DNA of 32,000 nt, from NCBI RefSeq assembly GCF_009905215.1, contig NZ_CP047593.1:1026900-1058899 (forward strand), written 5' to 3'. The notes below the pieces were generated by a model. That model saw nothing but the letters and a program-made list of their open reading frames with translations. It searched no databases and was not told the DNA's origin. Source of the stretch: Tichowtungia aerotolerans (lineage in GTDB: Bacteria > Verrucomicrobiota > Kiritimatiellia > Kiritimatiellales > Tichowtungiaceae). This document shows, piece by piece, positions 17,051 to 25,827 of this stretch (position 1 is its first letter; the number at the start of each line of letters is the position of its first letter). Position numbers and translations under genes: made by a program.

Positions 17051-17135
17051 TCCCAACGTCTGAAAGGACCCTCGTGGCTTGTGCTTCAACTTTGACCGTG
17101 CGGGTCATCACGTAGGGTCACTTGATTTGTTCGGT
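17051..17135 (-). repeat. attC-like site, class D (85 bp)
   Basis: Minus strand: ACCGAAC aaatcaa GTGACCCTACGTG ... CACGAGGGTCC tttcagac GTTGGGA. Related to 29185-29269 and 30063-30148. Confidence 0.7.
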
Positions 17136-17437
17136 TGTTTTTCCATTACTTGTTTTATTTGTGGGTTTAAAACGAAAATATCCCAGATAAAACTTAGGAA
17201 TATGACAAGGGGGAGTACGACCAAATATGGTGCAATCCAATAATCATCATTCCCTGTCTTTTCTCTTAAAAACCGCTGGGCTAACCCAATCAAAACGCAG
17301 ATCAAGAATCCCCCAAAGTATGCGATGAATGTGTGTCTTTTGGGAACCTGTTTTCCTGCTAGCTTCCGAATTTTCCACCGCTCAAGCGCTGAAAGGTTGG
17401 CGTAGTCAGGAATCTGTTTTTTTAATAATAATTTCAT
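17108..17437 (-). CDS. Cassette ORF: hypothetical small membrane protein (2 TM)
   Basis: 109 aa from ATG 17435-17437, which lies 8 nt after the GTTCGGT core. The ORF-track GTG start at 17464 lies inside the attC. The C-terminal PNKSSDPT* is encoded by the class D attC. Confidence 0.65.
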   Translation of the reverse strand: MKLLLKKQIPDYANLSALERWKIRKLAGKQVPKRHTFIAYFGGFLICVLIGLAQRFLREKTGNDDYWIAPYLVVLPLVIFLSFIWDIFVLNPQIKQVMEKQPNKSSDPT

Positions 17438-17445
17438 TTTTTGAA

Positions 17446-17490
17446 ACCGAACGATTCGCATCACTCTGAGCCGCCGGAAGAGGCGGACTT
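17446..17490 (-). repeat. attC-like site, class A, 3' half (L'-R'); split by the IS3 element
   Basis: Plus strand: ACCGAAC gattcgca TCACTCT gagccgccggaagaggcggactt, then the IS3 end. Confidence 0.7.
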
Positions 17491-17556
17491 GAGGATTCGA
17501 ACCACCGGTTAAGTTAGTTTTGGCGCATAGCTCCCGAACATGAAAGGATAGGAGCT

Positions 17557-17871
17557 ATGAAGAAACAAAGAAGGAAACACACGGCGGAGTTCAAGGCCCG
17601 TGTCGCACTCGAGGCGGTCAAAGGGCTGGAGACGATTAACGAGATCGCGGCGAAATACGAATTGCACCCGGTACAGGTCGGTAACTGGAAGAAGGAACTT
17701 TTAGAACGGGTTCCTGAAGTCTTTGAGCGGAAGAACGCCGCGCCCGACAAAGAGGTCGAGCAAGAGAAAGCCCGATTGGAGCGCAAAGTGGGCCAGTTGT
17801 CCATGGAGGTGGATTGGCTCGAAAAAAAGTGCGTACAGCTGGGGATTCCCGGCAGAGGGCGCAGCTCGTGA
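17557..17871 (+). CDS. IS3-family transposase OrfA (HTH)
   Basis: MKKQRRKHTAEFKARVALEAVKGLETINEIAAKYELHPVQVGNWKKELLE is typical of IS3 OrfA. Confidence 0.9.
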   Translation: MKKQRRKHTAEFKARVALEAVKGLETINEIAAKYELHPVQVGNWKKELLERVPEVFERKNAAPDKEVEQEKARLERKVGQLSMEVDWLEKKCVQLGIPGRGRSS

Positions 17872-18692
17872 GTAAGGAATCAAAAATCAGTATTCGCCGG
17901 CAATGTAAGCTGCTGGGGATCCCCCGTTCATTAATCTACTACCTGCCGATGGGCGAATCGGAAGAAAACTTGCGCATCATGAAAGAGATCGACGAGCTGC
18001 ATATGGAAGATGCCTCCGCCGGTGCGCGGAGAATACGGGACTACCTTCGTCGGCGAGGTTGGCCGAAAATCAGCCGTGGCCGCGTAAAACGCCTGATGAT
18101 GTTGATGGGCATTGAGGCGGTGTATCCGCGCAAGCGCACCACCATCCCCGGCGGGCCGACGGGCATTTATCCGTATCGGCTTCAGGGGCTGAAAATCGAC
18201 CGGCCGAACCAGGTCTGGAGCGCAGACATCACCTATATACCGATGGCCCGGGGCTTCATGTATCTGTTTGCGATTATCGACTGGCACTCCCGAAAGGTTC
18301 TTGCCTGGGAGCTGTCGAACACATTGGATACGGCCTTTTGCGTGCGGACATTGAATCGGGCCGTTGAACGTACGGGGACTCCGCCGGAGATCTTCAATAC
18401 CGATCAGGGCTGCCAGTTCACATCCGATGAATGGATCAGGCGGCTTAAAGAGTTGGACGTAATCATCAGCATGGATGGCAAAGGCCGCTGGCTCGACAAC
18501 GTAGTGATCGAGCGGTTCTGGCGCAGTCTGAAATATGAAGATATCTATCTCAGATCGTATGAAAACGGATGGGTGCTTGAACGAGGCATTGAAGCGTATA
18601 TCATGCGTTACAACCTTCAGCGGCCTCACCAGTCACTTGAAGGCGCAACACCGGAAGAAGTTTATGAAGGAGTCGTCAAACTGGCGGCGTGA
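17814..18692 (+). CDS. IS3-family transposase OrfB (DDE/rve integrase core), expressed as an OrfAB frameshift fusion
   Basis: NQVWSADITYIPM, FNTDQGCQFTS and VVIERFWRSLKYE supply the D, D and E of the rve catalytic core. Confidence 0.9.
   Translation: MARKKVRTAGDSRQRAQLVSKESKISIRRQCKLLGIPRSLIYYLPMGESEENLRIMKEIDELHMEDASAGARRIRDYLRRRGWPKISRGRVKRLMMLMGIEAVYPRKRTTIPGGPTGIYPYRLQGLKIDRPNQVWSADITYIPMARGFMYLFAIIDWHSRKVLAWELSNTLDTAFCVRTLNRAVERTGTPPEIFNTDQGCQFTSDEWIRRLKELDVIISMDGKGRWLDNVVIERFWRSLKYEDIYLRSYENGWVLERGIEAYIMRYNLQRPHQSLEGATPEEVYEGVVKLAA
17823..17829 (+). other. Programmed -1 ribosomal frameshift heptamer A-AAA-AAG (IS3 OrfAB fusion)
   Basis: CTCGAAAAAAAGTG. The orfA frame reads GAA AAA AAG. 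The -1 frame continues as KVRTAGDSRQRAQLVSKESKISIRRQCKLLGIPRS... into orfB. Confidence 0.75.
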
Positions 18693-18792
18693 TTTTTTCC
18701 TCCCTCCTCCGGAGGAGGGAGGAAACAAAACAAACCCGGAGCTATGCGGCATAACTAAAACAAAGCATTGAGTGGTTTAAGACCCGAGTCCA

Positions 18793-18831
18793 CTTCTGGA
18801 GGCGGTGATAGGGTGTGTGCTCTTGTTATGC
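18793..18831 (-). repeat. attC-like site, class A, 5' half (R''-L''); split by the IS3 element
   Basis: Plus strand: cttctggaggcggtgat AGGGTG tgtgctctt GTTATGC. The minus-strand GCATAAC contains the TAA stop of the TIR ORF. Confidence 0.7.
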
Positions 18832-19566
18832 TCTTATTAGCTTGTGCTCTACGGCGTAAAATTTTCCCTTGGAGGTCAAAACAATACGTTCCATATAGTC
18901 ATACTCTATCAATCCTTGCTCAAAGGCCGTGGCGATAATGTCATCTAGATAAATACGAGATATGTTCATCCTGCGGACAAGAGATTTATACCACGTGTAA
19001 TCATCTCCATTTTCAAAGTCATCTACAATGAATCCCATCAGTTCTCTGAGAGAGTCGGCAGTTTTATCCGGGCGTAGATTCTCCACAGGGACAAATGGAT
19101 TGTTACCGATGTCTGGTTTTTTAAACAAAGGCGATCCGTGAAGTGTTCTCACAAGTTCGTCAAAACTAAATTCGAATTCATTTACTTGGGAGAAGTCAAT
19201 GAATAGCTTGGTTTTAAGAAATGTTGGAACCTGTTTTGTTCCAGCTTGACGGATAATCGGAATAACCTTGTTAGAGTCAATGTTTGCCAATAAATCTGCG
19301 GTTACAATCATCTTTTCGTATCCTACGCCTCCTTTGCCCATATTAGCCTTTTCTACATATTTTTCAGTACAAACCATCAACACGTAATCGGAAGTAGACA
19401 GGTGGGTTTCCATAAAATGAGGCAGATCATCACCAGGGCGCAGCTCCCATTGATCAATAATGGCATCAACACCATGGTTTCTGAGCCGAGTCGCTAAGTC
19501 TAGCACCCACTGTTTATGCTCTTGAGAATCGTGTGAGTAAGAGATGAACACCTTTGGGATTGCCAT
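18826..19566 (-). CDS. Cassette ORF: TIR-domain protein with a ~100-aa C-terminal (possibly winged-helix) extension
   Basis: 246 aa. KVFISYSHDSQEHKQWVLDLATRLRNHGVDAIIDQWELRPGDDL...SDYVLMVCTEKY...GGVGYE matches bacterial TIR/SEFIR-like domains. AAGGAATG RBS. The ATG lies 21 nt after the GTTATGC core. Confidence 0.8.
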   Translation of the reverse strand: MAIPKVFISYSHDSQEHKQWVLDLATRLRNHGVDAIIDQWELRPGDDLPHFMETHLSTSDYVLMVCTEKYVEKANMGKGGVGYEKMIVTADLLANIDSNKVIPIIRQAGTKQVPTFLKTKLFIDFSQVNEFEFSFDELVRTLHGSPLFKKPDIGNNPFVPVENLRPDKTADSLRELMGFIVDDFENGDDYTWYKSLVRRMNISRIYLDDIIATAFEQGLIEYDYMERIVLTSKGKFYAVEHKLIRA

Positions 19567-19587
19567 TTTTACATTCCTTATTTATGG

Positions 19588-19703
19588 GCATAACGTCAAA
19601 AGTAAGCTTCGGAAAAGGCCGTGCCGACTTCCGCTCCGTGCGATCTAGTGATTTTCAAAATCACCACCGGTGGTTTTTCGTAAGTTCAACTTTCTTGTTC
19701 GAT
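19588..19703 (-). repeat. attC-like site, class C (long, ~116 bp, composite)
   Basis: Ends ATCGAAC ... GTTATGC on the minus strand. Internal perfect hairpins GTGATTTTCAAAATCAC (19648-19664) and CCACCGGTGG (19664-19673). Related to 29646-29760 and 31017-31131. Confidence 0.6.
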
Positions 19704-19987
19704 TTGTTTTTCATAATTAACTCATTAATCAACATTCCAAGTGAGATTAGAAAGCTCAACGTTCCGGTTCCCATCGGGAATATGAGCATAAACATCCCGC
19801 CCGGGTTTTCATAGAAGAAACAGGCAATGAAGGGGATGAATGCCAGAATATGGATACCCAAGAGAACATAGCATGTTTTTCTTAACTTGGATCTGTTTTT
19901 CCAGATTAACCCAGAAACGGTCATCGGGATAATCGGGCCGCTATAAAGCAACAACGGCAAAACCCAATTTGTGACTATCTCTTTCAT
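19661..19987 (-). CDS. Cassette ORF: hypothetical small membrane protein (3 TM)
   Basis: 108 aa. The C-terminal ...KKVELTKNHRW* is encoded by the class C repeat. Its 5' UTR abuts the left end of IS110-B copy 2. Confidence 0.65.
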   Translation of the reverse strand: MKEIVTNWVLPLLLYSGPIIPMTVSGLIWKNRSKLRKTCYVLLGIHILAFIPFIACFFYENPGGMFMLIFPMGTGTLSFLISLGMLINELIMKNKSNKKVELTKNHRW

Positions 19988-20004
19988 TTATTTTTTATGC
20001 AATC

Positions 20005-21306
20005 AGACCTTATGGCTGAAGCGAGAGCTTCGGCCTTTTGTTTTTAAACTGGTGGCGTACTCCATGGGATGATGTCTCGTGGGCTGCCCCGGACGGGCCG
20101 GGGCCTATCCAACATTGAACGAACAATGCATTCAAACCAAAGGAGTACGCCATGAAGCGAGTATACATAGGAATCGATGCGCACAAAGAATCAAATGTTC
20201 TTGCGTTAGCCTTTTCAGGGACGGAAGCGCCGGAGATGTACGGAAAGACGACGGCTGATTTGAAAGCGTTTGAGGCAGTGCTGCGGCGGATCATGAAAAA
20301 GTATGAGCTGGCGAAGGAGGATATGGCGCTGTGCTACGAGGCGGGACCGACAGGGTTCGTACTGGCAAGACGTCTTATTAAACTGGGGTTTGAGTGCATT
20401 GTGGTTGCGCCGTCGAAGATCCCGACGCAGTCCGGCGATCGGGTCAAGACGGACCGACGCGACGCCCGCAAGCTCGCACGGCTCTATCGTGCCGGCGAGT
20501 TGGAAGGCATTCATATTCCTTCCGTCGAAGACGAGGTGATCCGCGATGTATGCCGGGGACGAACCGATGCGGTCAACTCCATGGCCCGGACGAAGAAACA
20601 GCTGCTCTCCTTTTTGCTTCGGAATGGATACCGCTACAAAGGGAAAGCTCATTGGGGCGAGCCGCACATGCGTTACCTGCGGGAACTTGTACTGGCCGAT
20701 CCAGCGCAAAAAGTGGTTCTGGAAGAGTATCTTCAACGGATCGATTTTGCAGTCAAACAGGTCGAACGCATTGACGGGCAGATGGAAGCCCTTTTACAGA
20801 CCTGGTCTCGCAAGCCACTGGTCGAAGCTCTAATGGGGTTCAAGGGTTTTAAACGAACAGCGGCGATGGTGATCGTCAGCGAAATCGGACACTTTGGTCG
20901 ATTCGAACATCCCAAACAGCTAATGGCCTATCTCGGGCTGGTTCCATCGGAGGACTCCTCCGGTGGCCGAAGACGACAGGGCTCCATTACCAAGTGCGGC
21001 AACTCTCACGCGCGTTGGATGCTGGTTGAATCAGCCGAGCATTATCGAAAGCCGCCCAAAATAGCCAAAGGACTCTCCGTGCGTCAGGAAGGGCTTTCTC
21101 GGGAGGTGAAAATCATCAGCTGGCATGCCCAGAATCGATTAAACAAACGCTGGAATAAACTGATCTTCCGGGGAATGCACCCGAACAAAATCCGGGTTGC
21201 CGTTGCCCGTGAACTCTCCTCATATATTTGGGATCTGGCGAAGATCGTCGGATAAAACTTTTTCCAGAATCGAACCCGGGGGGACGGAAACGAGAGTTGC
21301 AGAGGC
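20005..21306 (+). mobile_element. IS110-B, copy 2 (transposase intact; 3' ~340 bp replaced by IS256)
   Basis: Co-linear with 15017-16362 of copy 1. It is diverged in the 5' half and nearly identical in the 3' half. Homology ends at ...GTTGCAGAGGC (21306), where the IS256 left end begins. Confidence 0.8.
20152..21255 (+). CDS. IS110-family (DEDD) transposase
   Basis: 367 aa. MKRVYIGIDAHKESNVLALAFSG... N-terminus. C-terminal ...GFKGFKRTAAMVIVSEIGHFGRFEHPKQLMAYLGLVPSEDSSGGRRRQGSITKCGNSHARWML... AAAGGAG RBS. Confidence 0.9.
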   Translation: MKRVYIGIDAHKESNVLALAFSGTEAPEMYGKTTADLKAFEAVLRRIMKKYELAKEDMALCYEAGPTGFVLARRLIKLGFECIVVAPSKIPTQSGDRVKTDRRDARKLARLYRAGELEGIHIPSVEDEVIRDVCRGRTDAVNSMARTKKQLLSFLLRNGYRYKGKAHWGEPHMRYLRELVLADPAQKVVLEEYLQRIDFAVKQVERIDGQMEALLQTWSRKPLVEALMGFKGFKRTAAMVIVSEIGHFGRFEHPKQLMAYLGLVPSEDSSGGRRRQGSITKCGNSHARWMLVESAEHYRKPPKIAKGLSVRQEGLSREVKIISWHAQNRLNKRWNKLIFRGMHPNKIRVAVARELSSYIWDLAKIVG

Positions 21307-22747
21307 GATAGCGTATTAAATCTTTCGCACATTTGAATTGGGGTTCTCCCGGCTGGTAAAACCAGCCGTGTGTCAGCAAACACAAGGAGAACCAAATGGA
21401 TAGAGACCAAAAGACGACGGAAGATACCACGAAAAAGATCATCGAAATTGACGACTCGGCTGTGCGGGGACATCTGCAGGAGCTGGTGAGAGGCTCCGTT
21501 GAGGAGACGCTCAACGGCCTGCTGGATGCCGAAGCGGATACCCTGTGCGGAGCAAAACGCTATGAGCGAAGCCCGGATCGGGTGGATTCTCGTGCGGGCC
21601 ATTACGAGCGTGGACTGGAGACACAAGCCGGCAGTGTGAAGCTCAAAGTACCCAAGCTTCGCAGCATTCCCTTTGAGACACAGATCATTGAACGCTATCG
21701 TCGTCGTGAAAGCTCCGTCGAAGAAGCGTTGATGGAGATGTATCTGGCCGGGGTGTCGGTTCGCCGTGTTGAAGATATTACGCAGGCACTGTGGGGCACG
21801 CGAGTCAGCCCGGGAACGGTCAGTAACCTGAACCAAAAAGTTTATGAACGCATCGAGAAGTGGCGGACACGCCCGATTGATGGCGAGTATCCGTACGTCT
21901 ATCTCGACGGGATCTGCCTGAAGCGCAGCTGGGGCGGCGAAGTGAAGAACGTATCGGTTCTGGTCGCTATTGGAGTCAATGCGGAAGGCTATCGAGAGAT
22001 TCTTGGTGCCGCCGAAGGCGAGAAGGAAGACAAGGCCGGATGGCAAGCATTCTTGCGCGATCTGAAGGAGCGGGGGCTCAAAGGGGTTCGCTTGATCGTC
22101 AGCGATAAATGCCTTGGGTTGGTGGAATCGGTCGCCGAGGTTTATCCATCCGCCGACTGGCAACGTTGCGTGGTTCACTGGTACCGCAACATCTTCCAGA
22201 ATGTACCGCGCCAGAAAGTCAAAGCAGTCGCTGCCATGCTCAAAGCAATTCATGCCCAGGAAGACCGCGAAGCGGCCTTGGAAAAGGCTCAGGCAGTCGT
22301 AGAAAAGCTAAAAGGCATGAAGCTGAACAAAGCGGCCGATCACGTGCAACGAACCGTAGACGAAACACTGAGCTATATGAGCTATCCCGAGGAGCATTGG
22401 CGGCGCATCCGCACCAACAATCCGTTGGAGCGGATTATGCGCGAGATCCGGCGACGTACCCGCGTAGTCGGCAGCTTTCCTGACGGACAGTCCGCGCTGA
22501 TGCTGGTCGCAGCTCGTCTACGCCACATCGCAGGCACCAAATGGGGGACGCGCCGCTACCTGAACATGACCCGACTCTACGAACTGGAACAACTCAAGAA
22601 GAATGCCGCATAGGCGGCCTCGGGCTTCGACCCAACTCCGACGAGTTATATGACCCATTCTCGTTGGCCCGAAGCCCAGAGGCCGCCCCGAACAACAGAA
22701 TTTATGGAGAACTCCAAAACGAAAGTGCGAAAGATTCTGGACACTAC
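21307..22747 (+). mobile_element. IS256-family insertion sequence, copy 1 (1441 bp)
   Basis: Identical to 25869-27309 in inverse orientation. Imperfect terminal inverted repeats GATAGCGTATTAAATCTTTCGCAC and GTGCGAAAGATTCTGGACACTAC. Confidence 0.9.
21396..22613 (+). CDS. IS256-family transposase
   Basis: 405 aa. ...LNGLLDAEADTLCGAKRYERSPDRVDSRAGHYERGLETQAGSVKLKVPKLR...YLDGICLKRSW...WQRCVVHWYRNI... is typical of the Transposase_mut/IS256 family. Confidence 0.92.
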   Translation: MDRDQKTTEDTTKKIIEIDDSAVRGHLQELVRGSVEETLNGLLDAEADTLCGAKRYERSPDRVDSRAGHYERGLETQAGSVKLKVPKLRSIPFETQIIERYRRRESSVEEALMEMYLAGVSVRRVEDITQALWGTRVSPGTVSNLNQKVYERIEKWRTRPIDGEYPYVYLDGICLKRSWGGEVKNVSVLVAIGVNAEGYREILGAAEGEKEDKAGWQAFLRDLKERGLKGVRLIVSDKCLGLVESVAEVYPSADWQRCVVHWYRNIFQNVPRQKVKAVAAMLKAIHAQEDREAALEKAQAVVEKLKGMKLNKAADHVQRTVDETLSYMSYPEEHWRRIRTNNPLERIMREIRRRTRVVGSFPDGQSALMLVAARLRHIAGTKWGTRRYLNMTRLYELEQLKKNAA

Positions 22748-24060
22748 CATCGCGCCCTAACGATGCTGGGAATGGAAGAAGCTGGAGCACAGCAAAAAAA
22801 ACAATTCAAGCAGCCGTTGACCTAGCTTCAGACGGCGACACGGTTTGGGTAGCAGATGGCGTGTATAATCAAGGTGGAACTGATGGGCCGACGATGTATA
22901 TCGGCACACCACTTAATACATATTATGCCAATACTGTTGTGAACCGTGTTTGCATAACAAAAGCCATCACGGTTTGTTCCCTGAATGGGCCTGATAAAAC
23001 TATTATTCAAGGCAAAGCCGGGGCAAATGGCGGTAACGATGTGGATACGGTTCGTGGAGCATTCCTATTGAATGGAGCATCGTTGGTTGGCTTCAATATC
23101 ATTGCGGGACACACGAAAGCAACCGGGAGCGATTATCACTTTGATCGCTCCGGAGGAGGGGTTTGGCTGTCAGAAAACTGCACTGTATCGAACTGCATAT
23201 TGACCGCGAACTCGGCAAGTTATAAAGGCGGTGGTGCATATGTGTATCTGGGTGGTTTGGTAAGTAATTGCGTGCTGGCTAATAACTCAGCAGGAGATGG
23301 TGGCGGTGCAGCAACAAAAGGCTTAGGCATTTTGAATAATTGCATCCTGAAAGGTAATTCGGGCTATACAGGAGCCGGAGTGCATATGTCCGGAGGAACA
23401 CTAAACAACTGTCTGGTCACTGGAAATATTGCCAGCTTTGGCGGTGCTGGTGTTTATGTGTCAAGTTACGGAACTTTAAACAATTGCACTCTTAGTGGTA
23501 ACCTAGCGGATGTCAGATGCGGAGGCGCGTATTTATATAGAGGAGGGTCAGTAAGGAACAGTATTGTTTGGGGAAACTCAGCACCCTCAGCAAACAATAT
23601 ATATACATATAGCTATGGCTGGAGTGTAAATTTTACCTGTTCGGATCCTGTCGCTCAGTTCGGCACAGGAAACTTTTGTGAGGACCCATCATTTTTGGCT
23701 GAAGATCATGGCGACTTTCGACTGCGAGCCAGCTCCCCATGCCTAGACATCGGAAATAACAGCTATATCTCAACGGATAGTGATTTAACTGGCGACCAGC
23801 GGATTAGAAACGTAACGGTTGACCTTGGAGCCTATGAGTTCAGGCAGAACGAATTTGAATTAACATATACAAATGGACTTGATGCGCTCCAATGGTCTAG
23901 CGGCCCGGGACGAATATACTCTATCTACTGGACGGACAATTTATCCGAAGGGTTTCGCCCACTGGCGGAAAATATTCCGTGGACAAGTAATAGGTTCCTA
24001 AATCTACCGAAAACCTCGAGTGCTTTTTTTAAACTTAGCGTCGAGCTTGAAAACAAATAA
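22748..24060 (+). pseudogene. 3' part (434 codons) of a cassette gene for a secreted right-handed beta-helix repeat protein. Split by IS256 and inverted.
   Basis: The frame is open from 22750. ...RSWSTAKKTIQAAVDLASDGDTVWVADGVYNQG... is followed by many G-G-G-A/N-N-x-I/L beta-helix rungs (NCILTANSA..GGGAYV, NCVLANNSAGDGGGA, NCILKGNSG, NCLVTGNIA, NCTLSGNLA). The missing 28 N-terminal codons are at 27394-27310 on the minus strand. Confidence 0.8.
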
Positions 24061-24067
24061 GCGAACA
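24060..24067 (+). repeat. attC-like site, class A, R'' part (AGCGAAC), here on the plus strand because of the inversion
   Basis: TAAGCGAAC directly after the beta-helix ORF stop, followed by the end of IS110-A copy 2. Confidence 0.6.
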
Positions 24068-25827
24068 ACCATTAAGCCCTTCTGAGTAAAGCACAAAAAT
24101 CCCCCATCTGATCGTTTTTATGTTTTGCAACTTTCGCTATCGATCAGTCCTTCTCCCCAATCAAACTCAGGCCGTTTTCTCTTCAAGTGCGAGTCGGTGA
24201 CAGGCACCGCTCAAACAACCGTGCGGGCTCAGTCGGCCGGGATTCCCGCTTTGCAGCGGGCGGCGGCTGTCCGGTGCTCGCAAGCATTCCGGACGTCCCA
24301 GAAAATCATTCGGTTTGCCGTTCCCTTCGGTCACTGCTTTCGCGAGCGAAAGCCTGTCTCCCGTTGGTCGGCTGTCCCTGCATACTTCCCATTCAAGAGC
24401 GAAGCGGTTGTCCGTCATAAAGACAGATTCCAGTTGGTGTCGGGCCTGCAGCAGGGTCGGCTCCTCATTCAAATCAGGTTTTAAAAACCGGAGATGGCGG
24501 GACCAATCAAGCGCGGAGGGATCAGGCCAGATTCCCATCACGACGGATTCGGGTTGCCCCAGTTTATTACGTCGTGTTTGCAGGAGGCCACTTGTGTCCC
24601 AGTTAGGCGTTCGGGTACCCGCCGTCTCCTCAAAAAATCATCGTCGTCCTCTCATCATCATCTCCGGTGAAAATCCGGTTTTCTGTTTCAACATAAAATA
24701 CACAGCGCGGGCGATCTTGGTGGCCAGCACAGCATTGGCAATATGTTTGCCTTTCTGTCGGGCCAGCTTTTCATAATAGGCATTGAGTTTTTTATCGGCC
24801 CGTTTACCGAGAACTGCCGCCTGCATAAACGCCCATTTGAGATACGGGTTGCCCATCTTGCGGCCTTTGCCTCCAAAGTCCTTGCCGCCGCTTTCGTTGG
24901 TGCCGGCCACCAGCCGGCAGTAGCTCACGAAGTCCTTGTCCGACGGGAACCGTTTGATGTCGATTGTTTCGTACAGGATGGTCAGCGCCAGGATTTTTCC
25001 AATGCCTGGAACGGTTCTGAGCAGCCGGTAGTCTTGCGGCTGAAAATCCCGCGCATACTTTTCGATCCGCTGCTCCATCTGCATGATAATCCGGTCATAG
25101 CTTTCAATCATGTAGAGCTCTGCCTCAGCGGTAAAACTGTCGAGTGGAGCCTCAAAACTGCTGCGCACACCTTCGCGCCAGCGTTCTTTGGAGTTCGCCT
25201 GAATGTTCAGGGGGCGGTTCCCTGCCGCCATCACTTCTCGCGCTGAATGCCCTGTCAGAACTGCGCGGTTACGCACATACTTTGTGCGACGCCGAAGCAG
25301 GTTGCGAACAGGTCGCAGTTCGCGGGGACAGACATACGCAGGAGGGATCCGGTTCGTGCGCAGGCACTCGGCCAGCTCCCGAGCATCCTCCTTGTCGTTC
25401 TTATGCTTGTTGGCCGCAATCGATTTTACGTAATACGCATGAGCCAGCACGAACTTGATGCCTGCATCCTCGCAGGCGTCTGCCAGCCAGAAGCAGACGA
25501 AACAGCTCTCGCACGTTACGGTTAGATCCTTCCGGTATGGTTCGACCAGCTTTAAAAAGAAGCCGAAATCGTTATCCCTGATGTTGCGGTGCACCAGCAC
25601 CTCGCCTGCACGATTCATCACGCAGATGTACATCTGACGTGTGTGCAGATCGATTCCGCAGTTGTATTCCGTCGTCGTTGTGTAATACTTCATCCAAGTC
25701 TCCTTTCTTGTTAAGTGAGACGCCTCCTGATGATCGTGCCGGGAAGCTTGAGCACCAGGGGGCACCTAATTTTAGAATAAGAAATACACAGCCCTTTCTG
25801 AAGGGCTTAGATGAGTATCAAGCGCAC
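24068..25827 (-). mobile_element. IS110-A, copy 2 (1760 bp), inserted at the same position of a different class A attC site
   Basis: Reverse complement of 9425-11184. The flanks differ from copy 1 but are again GCGAAC-n on one side and n-CACTCT...AGAGTGA on the other. Confidence 0.85.
24638..25693 (-). CDS. IS110-family (DEDD) transposase (identical to 9559-10614)
   Basis: Same protein as copy 1. The ATG equivalent to 9559 is at 25693. Confidence 0.9.
   Translation of the reverse strand: MKYYTTTTEYNCGIDLHTRQMYICVMNRAGEVLVHRNIRDNDFGFFLKLVEPYRKDLTVTCESCFVCFWLADACEDAGIKFVLAHAYYVKSIAANKHKNDKEDARELAECLRTNRIPPAYVCPRELRPVRNLLRRRTKYVRNRAVLTGHSAREVMAAGNRPLNIQANSKERWREGVRSSFEAPLDSFTAEAELYMIESYDRIIMQMEQRIEKYARDFQPQDYRLLRTVPGIGKILALTILYETIDIKRFPSDKDFVSYCRLVAGTNESGGKDFGGKGRKMGNPYLKWAFMQAAVLGKRADKKLNAYYEKLARQKGKHIANAVLATKIARAVYFMLKQKTGFSPEMMMRGRR

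Larger units (their letters stand above)
17490..18792 (+). mobile_element. IS3-family insertion sequence (~1.3 kb) inserted in the loop of an attC site
   Basis: Ends TGAGGATTCG... and ...CCGAGTCCA, with imperfect inverted repeats (both arms contain GCATAGCTCC). CTT lies directly on both sides (17488-17490 and 18793-18795), a likely 3-bp target duplication. orfA and orfB overlap at a frameshift site. Confidence 0.85.

Noticed and set aside
18826-19987. TIR protein plus the adjacent 3-TM protein as a two-gene Thoeris-like operon.
   Set aside because: A complete attC-like site (19588-19703) separates the two ORFs, so they are independent cassettes. No ThsA-like (SIR2/SLOG/Macro) gene is present.
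21084-22253. 389-aa minus-strand ORF (and its twin at 26363-27352), plus 17931-18629 and 20215-20736.
   Set aside because: They are antisense to the IS256, IS3 OrfB and IS110-B transposase genes. They are duplicated only because the IS is duplicated, and they have no coding signal of their own.
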